A stretch of 64,000 bases of DNA from Vulcanimicrobiota bacterium (GTDB taxonomy: Bacteria > Vulcanimicrobiota > Vulcanimicrobiia > Vulcanimicrobiales > Vulcanimicrobiaceae): NCBI GenBank assembly GCA_963752765.1, contig CAVVZD010000003.1:220040-284039 (forward strand), written 5' to 3'. The notes below the pieces were generated by a model, which had not been told where the DNA came from, ran no database searches, and saw nothing but the letters and a program-made list of their open reading frames with translations. The position numbers and the translations under genes were made by a program. Position 1 is the first letter of the stretch. Each line of letters starts with the position of its first letter. Shown one piece after another: positions 9,125 through 17,237 of the stretch.

Positions 9125-11023
9125 TTAGAGATCTAGATTCTTCACGCTTTTCGCGTAGTCGAAGATGTACTGCTTACGGGGTTCCACTTTGTCGCCCATC
9201 AAATCGGTAAAGATCTGCTCGGCTTCGACCGCGTCTTCCACCGTGATCTGCTTGAGGCGCCGGTTACCGACTTCCATCGTCGTTTCCGCCAGTTGCTCCG
9301 CGTCCATCTCACCAAGACCCTTGTATTGCTGAATGGTAAACTCTTTGCCGTCTTCGCCGACGATGGATTTGAGCTCCGACTCGTTAAACGCCCACCATTG
9401 CTTCTTGCCCTTCTTTATGCCGTAGAGCGGTGGCTGCGCGATGAAGACGTGCCCATCTTCAACGAGCTGCTTCATTTGCCGGTAAAAGAACGTCAGCAGC
9501 AGCGTACGGATGTGCGAACCGTCGACGTCGGCGTCGGTCATGATGATGATCTTATGGTAGCGCAGCTTCTGCAAGTTGAACTCGTCGCCGAAGCCCGTCC
9601 CCAGCGCCGTAATCATCGTTCGAATTTCTTCGTTCGCCAGCACCTTGTCGAGGCGCGCCTTTTCGACGTTGATAATCTTACCGCGTAAGGGCAGAATCGC
9701 TTGGGTATTCGGATCGCGGCCACCCTTGGCGGTTCCACCGGCCGAGTCACCCTCGACCAAGAACAGCTCGCTTTCGGATGGATTGGTGTTTTTGCAGTCG
9801 ACAAGCTTGCCGGGAAGGCCCGATCCCTCGAGCGCATTCTTGCGACGTGAAAGATCGCGCGCTTTCTTGGCGGCTTCACGCGCGCGCTGCGCCTGCATGC
9901 ACTTGTCGATAATCGCCCGCGCATACTTGGGGTTTTCCTCGAAGAAGAACTCGAGTCGCTCGTTGACCAAATTGTGGACGATGCTGCGCACCCTGTTGTT
10001 GCCGAGCTTGGTCTTAGTCTGCCCCTCGAACTGCGGGTCTTGCAGTTTCACTGAAACGACCGCGGTGAGCCCTTCCAGGATGTCGTCGGTTGAGAGCGAC
10101 CCTTCCGAGTCTTTGAGCATCCCGCGCTTGCGAGCGTAGGCGTTTACCGCATTGGTCACGGCCGTGCGGAAGCCCAAGAGATGCATGCCGCCTTCGATCG
10201 TATTAATGTTGTTTGCATACGCGAAGATTGTTTCCGCGTATGTGTCCGTATACTGCATGGCCACTTCAACGTCAACGCCGTCTCGCTCGGAATGCGTGGA
10301 GAGAATGGGGTGCAGCGGATCCTTTTTCTCGTTAAGCCATTCAACGAACGAGACGATGCCGCCGTCGAATTTGTAGGTGCGCTCGCGCGGCGCGTCGCCC
10401 CGTTCGTCTCGCAGCGTTATCGAAAGGCCGCGGTTGAGGAAAGCGAGCTCGCGCAACCGCTTCTGCAGAATGTCCCAGTGAAACTCGGTGACTTCGAAGA
10501 TTTGCGTGTCAGGTTTGAACCATTGCAGCGTCCCTGTCTCCTCGGTCCTTCCGATCTTCTTGAGCTTCTCCGTGGTCTTACCGCGCTCGAACCTCATTTC
10601 CCAGAGGCTGCCGTCGCGCTTGACCCGCGTGATCATCCACTCCGAAAGCGCGTTAACTACGGAAATTCCGACGCCGTGTAAGCCTCCGGAAACCTTATAG
10701 CCGCCTTTGCCGAACTTGGCACCGGCGTGCAGCATCGTCATGACGACTTCGACCGCCGGCAGTTTTTCGCCGGCGACGGAGGTATCGACCGGGATGCCGC
10801 GACCATCGTCTTCGACCGCGCACGAACCATCGCGATGTAGCGTCACCACGACGGTGTGCGCGTACCCCGCAAGGGCTTCGTCCACGGCGTTGTCAACCGC
10901 TTCATAAACCAGCTGATGCAATCCCCGTTCGGCCGTGTTCCCGATGTACATCCCCGGCCGTTTGCGCACCGCGTCGAGTCCCTTGAGGACTTCGATATGT
11001 TCGCCCGTGTAGTTACTCGACAT
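9125..11023 (-). CDS. gyrB: DNA gyrase subunit B
   Basis: GHKL ATPase motifs (HQLVYEAVDNAVDEA, DDGRGIP, GLHGVG), Toprim EGDSAGG, and PLRGKIINVE. Confidence 0.97.
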   Translation of the reverse strand: MSSNYTGEHIEVLKGLDAVRKRPGMYIGNTAERGLHQLVYEAVDNAVDEALAGYAHTVVVTLHRDGSCAVEDDGRGIPVDTSVAGEKLPAVEVVMTMLHAGAKFGKGGYKVSGGLHGVGISVVNALSEWMITRVKRDGSLWEMRFERGKTTEKLKKIGRTEETGTLQWFKPDTQIFEVTEFHWDILQKRLRELAFLNRGLSITLRDERGDAPRERTYKFDGGIVSFVEWLNEKKDPLHPILSTHSERDGVDVEVAMQYTDTYAETIFAYANNINTIEGGMHLLGFRTAVTNAVNAYARKRGMLKDSEGSLSTDDILEGLTAVVSVKLQDPQFEGQTKTKLGNNRVRSIVHNLVNERLEFFFEENPKYARAIIDKCMQAQRAREAAKKARDLSRRKNALEGSGLPGKLVDCKNTNPSESELFLVEGDSAGGTAKGGRDPNTQAILPLRGKIINVEKARLDKVLANEEIRTMITALGTGFGDEFNLQKLRYHKIIIMTDADVDGSHIRTLLLTFFYRQMKQLVEDGHVFIAQPPLYGIKKGKKQWWAFNESELKSIVGEDGKEFTIQQYKGLGEMDAEQLAETTMEVGNRRLKQITVEDAVEAEQIFTDLMGDKVEPRKQYIFDYAKSVKNLDL

Positions 11024-11026
11024 TCG

Positions 11027-11869
11027 TTAGTTTCGTTCCGTTCCGTAAATTAAGTCGTGCAGCTCGTCCCCCAGTACGTTTCGAACCGTCGCCGGAGCGA
11101 TAGCTTCGGGCTGCAGCTTGCTGCGCAAAATGACGTACGAGCTCGCAATCGATCGCTCGCGCGCATCCGCCGACAGCCGGTTAGCCGCACCGGCCCGTGA
11201 CAGCATCTGCCACCATTCACTGAGCAAACGTGCGCGGATCGACTCGTACTCCTCTACCGATAAGCCATCGACAAGCGCGGCAGTGCCTGCGTACCCAAGC
11301 CATGGCGCTTCGTACAGCAATCGCGCTGCATCGTCGGCACGTTGCCGTTGCAGCGCGTTTTCACAGACCGTACAGAGCATGCCGGTGCCGGGCGCGACGA
11401 AGGCGCCACACCGGCTACAACCCTTCCACCCGGCGGCACGTTTGGCCCGCCCACTCTCGTCAACGTCGATGCGAAAACGCTCGACCGCCTCGTACACCGA
11501 GGCCGCCGGTGCACGTGCGCCGGCGCGTCCCGTCGGCGCTGCCGGCGGTCGTACGCCCAAGGGGGTTGCCATGCGGCGGCGCAGCTTCCCGACGCGAAAG
11601 CGCAGTTGGCGCAGCTCCAAGCCGGGTAAGCGCGCGCGCACGGCGCGAAGGATTTCCTCAGAGAGCATGCTGAGCTGGTGACTCCACGCGCTGGAGACGG
11701 TCGTTATCGAAAGGGTACCATCGCCAAGATGCGTCGGATGGCTATGCGCGGCGACATCGTCCCCGACGATCTCGCGCCAGCCCGCACCAATGAGAACGAT
11801 CGGAGCTCGTGCGGCCGCACCTGCGGGCGGTCGCCACTGGCCGAGTGCGTTGGCAATGCGCGTTAGCAC
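11027..11869 (-). CDS. DUF721 (DciA-like) protein with zinc-ribbon and C-terminal helical extension
   Basis: The N-terminal ~100 aa (GAGWREIVGDDVAAHSHPTHLGDGTLSITTVSSAWSHQLSMLSEEIL) matches my recollection of DUF721, in the conserved recF-DUF721-gyrB position. It is followed by CSRCGAFVAPGTGMLCTVCE (CxxC...CxxC). Overlaps the recF stop by 7 nt. Confidence 0.7.
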   Translation of the reverse strand: MLTRIANALGQWRPPAGAAARAPIVLIGAGWREIVGDDVAAHSHPTHLGDGTLSITTVSSAWSHQLSMLSEEILRAVRARLPGLELRQLRFRVGKLRRRMATPLGVRPPAAPTGRAGARAPAASVYEAVERFRIDVDESGRAKRAAGWKGCSRCGAFVAPGTGMLCTVCENALQRQRADDAARLLYEAPWLGYAGTAALVDGLSVEEYESIRARLLSEWWQMLSRAGAANRLSADARERSIASSYVILRSKLQPEAIAPATVRNVLGDELHDLIYGTERN

Positions 11870-12978
11870 GCCTGAACCTGTGCGCGTACGCGCGCATCGT
11901 CGACTGCGTAAAGAGCAATGCGTTGCTGTACTCCGTCGGGCGCGTGGGTCGCCGTAACAAATGCTTGCTCGTAATCTCCGACGCTGCGCAAGAACGCCGA
12001 TGAGCGTTGGACGTCCAACTCGGAGAGCACGTCGTCGAGTAAGAGTAGTGGTGCCTGCGCAGCGCGTTCATGCATGACGCTATATTCGGCAACCTTGAGC
12101 GCCAGCACCGCCGTCCGCTGCTGACCTTGCGAGCCGAACGTACCCAAGGGCATGCCGTCGAGAAGCAGGCGTACATCGTCGCGATGTGGCCCAGCTACGG
12201 CCGTCTTCCGCAGGCGCTCGGATTCGGCGACGTGGCGCAGGCGCGCCCAAAACGCTGTCTGTATCGACTCAGGCGCTGGCGTATCGTACGTGACATCTGG
12301 GTCGTACGCGACTTCCAACTGCTCTTGGCCGCCGGCAAAACCACGATGCGCGAGCGCCGCAGCGGCAGCCAGTACCTCTACAAACTGCGCTCGAGCCACA
12401 ACGAGCTGGGTACCCGCCTCCACGAGCGTTCGGTCGTACACCTCGAGCAGATCTTCGTCGATGTGATCGGCCGAGCGCAAGAGCGCGTTTTTTTGCGTGA
12501 GCGCGGTTCGATAGCGGGCGAGGTCGCGATAATAGCGTGGTTCGTCCTGCGCCAGCGCCGTATTGAGAAAAGCACGGCGTAGACTCGGTGGGCCGGTCGT
12601 CAATTGCAAATCGGATGGTACGAACGTCACAACCCGCAGCTTTCCAAGAAAAGAGGCATAGCGCACGTCGCGTCCGTTGACCGCATACGACTTGCGCGTC
12701 GTGCGTCCGGTCTTGCCAACACTGCAGGCCAGGCTTAGCTCTCCACCAGCAACGGCGGCTTCGCCGCGGACGACGGCGCGATCGAAGCCGGTTCGAACGA
12801 CATCGCCGTCTCGGCTGGTTCGAAAAGACTTCCCCGTTCCGAGCATTGCGATTGCCTCAAGCAAGTTGCTCTTGCCCTGAGCGTTAGCGCCGACGAAGAG
12901 GTTGAGCCCGGGCGCTAGGTCGAGATCCAGCGCCGCGTAGTTGCGGAAGTTCGATAGCGCGACGCGTGTGAGAAGCAA
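11863..12978 (-). CDS. recF: DNA replication and repair protein RecF
   Basis: Walker A GANAQGKSNLLEAI and Walker B-like LLLDDVLSELD. Canonical dnaN-recF order. Confidence 0.95.
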   Translation of the reverse strand: MLLTRVALSNFRNYAALDLDLAPGLNLFVGANAQGKSNLLEAIAMLGTGKSFRTSRDGDVVRTGFDRAVVRGEAAVAGGELSLACSVGKTGRTTRKSYAVNGRDVRYASFLGKLRVVTFVPSDLQLTTGPPSLRRAFLNTALAQDEPRYYRDLARYRTALTQKNALLRSADHIDEDLLEVYDRTLVEAGTQLVVARAQFVEVLAAAAALAHRGFAGGQEQLEVAYDPDVTYDTPAPESIQTAFWARLRHVAESERLRKTAVAGPHRDDVRLLLDGMPLGTFGSQGQQRTAVLALKVAEYSVMHERAAQAPLLLLDDVLSELDVQRSSAFLRSVGDYEQAFVTATHAPDGVQQRIALYAVDDARVRAQVQAC

Positions 12979-14094
12979 CTACTGTCTTAGCGGCATCAGT
13001 ACGTACAGTTGTTGCCCTGAATCGAGCGGTTCGGACGGCCGAATGGCGGCCGGAGAGAGCGGACCGAGGAATTCGACAACCGTCTTGTCACTCTTAACGT
13101 GATTGAGGATCTCAACGAGATACCGCGCATTAAATGCGATGGTGAGATCTTCGCCGCTCTGCTCGATTTCCAACTCCTCGTACGCATTGCCGGAAATATC
13201 GGAGCTCGCCGTCACGATCAGCGTTTGATTCGCGATTGCGAGCTTTACCATACTGGCTCGATCGCCGGCAACGAGCTCGGCACGCCGCAGGCTCCCTATG
13301 AACGAAGCGGTGTTTACGGTTATGGAGCGATCGAACTTCGCGGGTATCACCTGCTGGTAGTTAGGATACTGTCCGTCGACGAGCCGCACGGTTATCGATA
13401 CGTTTCCTGCCGTCATTTGCAGCTGATTGCTTTGCGCGCCGAGCGCGTTGACCGCGATGCGGTCGCTGCTGCCGAGATTACGCGCAACTTCGGCTAGTGC
13501 ACGAGAAGGAACGATATACTTCTCGCTACCACCAATCGGCTCGTCCAGGGTCGTCGAGAAGCGCGCTAAACGGTAGCCATCGGTCGCGACCATCGTGAGT
13601 TTCGCTTCCTCGATTTCCAAGAGCGTGCCCATGAGGACCGCTCCCCGCGCTTCCTCGCTCGAGGCTGCAAAGATCGTTGCGTCGATGCCGTCCCGAAACC
13701 GTTTTGCCGCGATACCAAAGTGCGATCCACGCGTGGCTGCGGGAAGCGGTGGGTACTCCTCTGCAGGCAGCGCATGGAAATCGTAGTTACTGCGCTCGCA
13801 CTTAACGCTTGCCCGAGTGGGGGTGCCGGTCAGTTCGAGCAGTCCGCTCGGCAGGTTGCCAAGGTAACTCGAAAAGAGCTTAGCCGGAACCGTCACGGAG
13901 CCGCCCTCAGCGACTTCAGCCGGAAACGCATGCTCGAACGTGAGCTCCAGATCGGTGGCACGTACCGCGATCTTGCCGTCGTCCGCCTGCAACAAGACGT
14001 TCGAGAGTATTGGTACGGTCGTGTGCTGGTTGACGACTTTGCTCGCGGCACCGACGGCCGACGCGATGTCTTTGGTATTACAGTTGAACTTCAT
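12979..14094 (-). CDS. dnaN: DNA polymerase III beta sliding clamp
   Basis: 371 aa with the length and pattern of a three-domain beta clamp (MKFNCNTKDIASAV...LYVLMPLRQ). Canonical position between dnaA and recF. Confidence 0.95.
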   Translation of the reverse strand: MKFNCNTKDIASAVGAASKVVNQHTTVPILSNVLLQADDGKIAVRATDLELTFEHAFPAEVAEGGSVTVPAKLFSSYLGNLPSGLLELTGTPTRASVKCERSNYDFHALPAEEYPPLPAATRGSHFGIAAKRFRDGIDATIFAASSEEARGAVLMGTLLEIEEAKLTMVATDGYRLARFSTTLDEPIGGSEKYIVPSRALAEVARNLGSSDRIAVNALGAQSNQLQMTAGNVSITVRLVDGQYPNYQQVIPAKFDRSITVNTASFIGSLRRAELVAGDRASMVKLAIANQTLIVTASSDISGNAYEELEIEQSGEDLTIAFNARYLVEILNHVKSDKTVVEFLGPLSPAAIRPSEPLDSGQQLYVLMPLRQ

Positions 14095-14332
14095 TTTCCA
14101 CCGTTGTCCAGCCCGGGCGTTTCAGCAATAAAGATATATAGAGAGTCGTAACAGTAGTAGGGCGGTGCATTCTGCGGACAAGTGCCGTTTTGCTTGTGTC
14201 CATCGCGTTTTAGCTCAGGTATAACGTGTGGACTCTTAGCCGGGCACCATCCACTTCCCCACAGCGCTAAAGCCGGAGCAGAGTTATCCCTGAGGAGCGG
14301 GCCTACCTGTGCGTAAGAGTGTGGACGGCGCG
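14095..14332. promoter_or_regulatory. dnaA-dnaN intergenic region with degenerate DnaA-box-like sites and an AT-rich tract (possible second oriC module and/or dnaN promoter)
   Basis: TCCAC-core sites: TGCGGACAA 14173-14181 (rc TTGTCCGCA, 2 mismatches), TGTGGACTC 14227-14235, TGTGGACGG 14320-14328, TTATCCCTG 14284-14292, TTGTCCAGC 14104-14112. AT-rich AATAAAGATATATAGAGAG at 14127-14145. Confidence 0.35.
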
Positions 14333-15691
14333 CTACGGGGTCTGGCACATTGCGATGAGCTGACGAATCTTGTTCCGATAAGCCTCGTCGCGCTGCATTT
14401 GATCCTTGATCTTATCGCGTGCGTACATCACCGTCGTGTGGTCCTTCTTGCCGAAATCCCGCGCGATCTGCGGCAAAGAGTATTGGGTGAGCTCGGTCGC
14501 AATATACATTGCGATTTGGCGCGGGGCAGCCAGTCGCTGATCGCGTCGTCCGTTGTCCATCTCTTTGACGGTCAAACCGTGGGCGCCGGCGACGGTGTCC
14601 TTAATCTTACCGATGGTAATACGCTGGAGCGGAACTTGGGCCACGGCGCTCTTGAGAACTTCCGCTGCGAGGTCGATCGTAATCGGCGCTTTCGTCAGCG
14701 ACGCGTACGCAACGACTCGTATGAGGGCACCTTCCAATTCGCGAATGTTTGAAGGAATGACTTTCGCTATGAACGAGGTGACCTCGTCGGGCACGGGGAT
14801 TTTCTCGCTCTCCGCTTTCTTACGCAAGATGGCTTCACGCGTTTCAAGATCGGGTGCTTGAATATCGGTAAGTAATCCCCATTCGAACCGCGAGCGCAAA
14901 CGCGATTCAAGCGTTTGAATTTCCTTCGGCGGCCGGTCTGATGAAATGATGAGCTGGCGTCCCGATTCGTGTAACGCATTGAACGTATGAAAGAATTCCT
15001 CTTGCGTAGTTTCTTTGCCGGCCAGAAACTGAATGTCGTCGATCAGCAGTACGTCCACTTGCCGGTACCGATTGCGGAACTCGGGCGTGCGGTTGTTTTG
15101 TAGTGCGATGATGAACTCATTCGTGAACTTTTCGCACGTAACGTAAACAACGTTGGCGCTAACGTTATCGAGCAACACACGGTGTCCGATCGCGTGCATC
15201 AAGTGCGTTTTGCCGAGCCCTACCCCGCCGTAGAGGAAGAGCGGATTATAGGCCCGCGCTGGGGCACTTGCCACGGCCTGCGCCGCGGCATGCGCAAAAC
15301 GATTGGAATTGCCGACCACAAACTCTTCGAACGTATAGCGAATGTTGAGATTGGCCGTGCGCAGCTCTTCGGGAGGGCGCGCGACCGCCGCGACACCGGG
15401 AAGGGGCGCCGGCAGCTCCCCCGGTTCCACGACCGAGAGACGCAACTCGAGCGACGCTCCAAAAGCGTCGCGTAAAACGTCGATAATTTGGCTTTGCAGC
15501 TTGCTCCCCACCCAGTGCTGCGCAAATTTGCTATGCACCGACAGATGCAACTCGTTGCCTTGATAGGAAACGAAGCGCATCGGTTTGATCCACATCTCGA
15601 AGACCGGTTTCGAAAAGCTTCGCTCGAGCGTTTCAAGGGCCGAGCGCCATAGCTCGTTCGAAGTGTCGGGTGAGCCAATCGCAAGCGCCAT
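14333..15691 (-). CDS. dnaA: chromosomal replication initiator DnaA
   Basis: AAA+ Walker A GGVGLGKTHLMHA, Walker B LLIDDIQFL, and C-terminal DNA-binding signature (HTTVMYARDKI). The start is placed at ATG 15691 (MALAIGSPD...). The 17 codons further upstream in the ORF track are an R-rich extension. Confidence 0.95.
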   Translation of the reverse strand: MALAIGSPDTSNELWRSALETLERSFSKPVFEMWIKPMRFVSYQGNELHLSVHSKFAQHWVGSKLQSQIIDVLRDAFGASLELRLSVVEPGELPAPLPGVAAVARPPEELRTANLNIRYTFEEFVVGNSNRFAHAAAQAVASAPARAYNPLFLYGGVGLGKTHLMHAIGHRVLLDNVSANVVYVTCEKFTNEFIIALQNNRTPEFRNRYRQVDVLLIDDIQFLAGKETTQEEFFHTFNALHESGRQLIISSDRPPKEIQTLESRLRSRFEWGLLTDIQAPDLETREAILRKKAESEKIPVPDEVTSFIAKVIPSNIRELEGALIRVVAYASLTKAPITIDLAAEVLKSAVAQVPLQRITIGKIKDTVAGAHGLTVKEMDNGRRDQRLAAPRQIAMYIATELTQYSLPQIARDFGKKDHTTVMYARDKIKDQMQRDEAYRNKIRQLIAMCQTP

Positions 15692-15742
15692 GCTCTGCGT
15701 CCCTCGTGTGAGATAGCGGGTCCGCCGCCCGCAAGGGCGCAA

Positions 15743-16029
15743 TCTGTTGGCTTAATCAAAGCTCGGTCCTGCGGAAGCTATGCACGACTTTATGCACTTA
15801 TCCACAGGAGCAAATCGGCGGTTTTATCGGGATTTTTCGAAATTATGAACCGAAAAAAACCGAGGCTTGACAAGCGCAATTCCGACGCCCCCACAAGCCT
15901 TTCTGAGCAATTACTGAGTCGTTTCCGGCGAGCTTCTCCACAGGCTTGTCCACACATGTGGAGAGAAGCCGCGAAGGCCTGCTTACGCCGGCGTATAAGT
16001 CTTCGTTGCTGCGCCTGTTTGAAGGTGGG
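15743..16029. other. oriC: candidate oriC (DnaA-box cluster plus AT-rich putative unwinding tract) upstream of dnaA
   Basis: Boxes: TTATCCACA 15798-15806 (perfect), TTCTCCACA 15934-15942 (1 mismatch), TTGTCCACA 15946-15954 (1 mismatch), inverted TGTGGAGAG 15957-15965 (rc CTCTCCACA). AT-rich GTTTTATCGGGATTTTTCGAAATTATGAACCGAAAAAAACCG at 15821-15862. Divergent gene orientation on both sides. Confidence 0.55.
15798..15806 (+). promoter_or_regulatory. perfect consensus DnaA box TTATCCACA
   Basis: Exact 9-mer read directly from the sequence, about 107 nt upstream of the dnaA start codon. Confidence 0.7.
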
Positions 16030-16854
16030 ATGAGTTGCTGTATTGCGGCGATCGCCTCTGGCGGTAGCCATATTATCCTGGTAGCCGACAAAGCGGTCGG
16101 TTCCTCGGTAGGCCAAGGCGAGCTTAATGGAGTTCTGAAGCTCGACCAGGTTCATGATGACTGGTGGTCCCTTTTTTCGGGGGATCCCTCCCTTGCAGGC
16201 GACCTTTTTGCGCGCCTCAAGCGCGCGTTACCGAGCGGGCCGCTGTCGGCCGAAAACGTCGATTCCTATCTGTCGGCGACGATGTTCGAAAAATGGGTCT
16301 GCGATACCGAGCGGCGCTTCTTGCTCCCGGAAGGCTACGATACCGAAAGCTTTCAATCTGAAGCACCGCGCAGAATGCGCCCCGGCATTTACGAGCGCGT
16401 GCGAACCTTACGCCTGGCATACGAGCTGGATGCATCGATTCTGCTTGCCGGATTTGATGGTGAAGGGCAGGCGCACATTCTCAGCTGCACAGGATTTGAC
16501 GACGAACTGCATACCAAACACGTTCCGGCCAATCACGATCTCGCCGGTTATTTTGGAATCGGTGCCGGCGCATCGGGCGCGCTTTGGATGATGAACTACA
16601 AGAACGTCGGCCCCTATATGTCGTACGTCGACGTCGCATACTACGCGGTCGAGGGAAAGTATTACGGGGAGCGTGGGCATCGTGACGGTGAGTTGACCGA
16701 TCTCACCGTTCTGCGCCACAAGAAGAAACCGCAATCCGTCAACGCGCATTGGCTCGGCAAAACATTCATTCCGGTGTGCGAGAAGTTACGGCCGCGAAAG
16801 CTCAAAAACAAGAACCGCAAGCGGCTCGACAAGTTCAAGTTCTCGAAGAATTAA
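16030..16854 (+). CDS. hypothetical protein, proteasome-beta/HslV-fold-like (Ntn-hydrolase-like) with MSCC N-terminus and basic C-terminal tail
   Basis: ATG 16030 is preceded by GAAGGTGGG. The longer ORF-track start (15946) lies inside the DnaA boxes. By-eye motif matches to the proteasome beta fold: [27 protein letters not shown]...[42 protein letters not shown]. Not HMM-verified. Confidence 0.5.
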   Translation: MSCCIAAIASGGSHIILVADKAVGSSVGQGELNGVLKLDQVHDDWWSLFSGDPSLAGDLFARLKRALPSGPLSAENVDSYLSATMFEKWVCDTERRFLLPEGYDTESFQSEAPRRMRPGIYERVRTLRLAYELDASILLAGFDGEGQAHILSCTGFDDELHTKHVPANHDLAGYFGIGAGASGALWMMNYKNVGPYMSYVDVAYYAVEGKYYGERGHRDGELTDLTVLRHKKKPQSVNAHWLGKTFIPVCEKLRPRKLKNKNRKRLDKFKFSKN

Positions 16855-16897
16855 GGCCTTGCCAACCCGGCAGCGGGCCTGGTATACTCACCCGGCT

Positions 16898-17176
16898 ATG
16901 TTCCTGTTCGATCTTCAATTGTTTGCGTCCAAGAAGGGCGCCGGCTCGACGCGAAACGGGCGCGACTCGAATGCCCAGCGCCTCGGCGTCAAACACTTCG
17001 GCGGCGAGCGCGTGGTTGCGGGGCACATCATCGTGCGCCAGCGAGGAACGCGGTTCCATCCCGGCCGTAACGTGGGGATCGGGAAGGATCACACTCTTTT
17101 TGCCCTCGTCGACGGAACGGTCGAGTTCGTTCTCCGCCGTAACCGCAAGCACGTGGACGTCAGGCCCGCTGCCTAA
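16898..17176 (+). CDS. rpmA: 50S ribosomal protein L27 with 9-residue N-terminal propeptide
   Basis: MFLFDLQLF|[23 protein letters not shown]... The core matches L27. The N-terminus matches the cleavable Firmicute-type extension (compare MLxLxLQFFASKKG). Confidence 0.95.
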   Translation: MFLFDLQLFASKKGAGSTRNGRDSNAQRLGVKHFGGERVVAGHIIVRQRGTRFHPGRNVGIGKDHTLFALVDGTVEFVLRRNRKHVDVRPAA

Positions 17177-17199
17177 TCGACCGGGTGTAAAGCTGCAGG

Positions 17200-17218
17200 A
17201 GGGGGCGTAAGGCCCCCT
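17200..17218 (+). terminator. GC-rich hairpin between rpmA and obg (possible terminator or attenuator)
   Basis: AGGGGGC (17200-17206), loop GTAAG, GCCCCCT (17212-17218), followed by TTCGATTT. It lies 24 nt after the rpmA stop and 20 nt before the obg GTG. The T-tract is interrupted. Confidence 0.4.
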
Positions 17219-17237
17219 TTCGATTTGGGCGAACGGC

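Noticed and set aside
15790-16155. 121-aa minus-strand and other short ORFs across the dnaA upstream gap, and the 15946 TTG start of the 302-aa ORF
   Set aside because: They run through the DnaA-box and AT-rich region. The TTG at 15946 is itself part of a DnaA box. ATG 16030 has a Shine-Dalgarno-like GAAGGTGGG.
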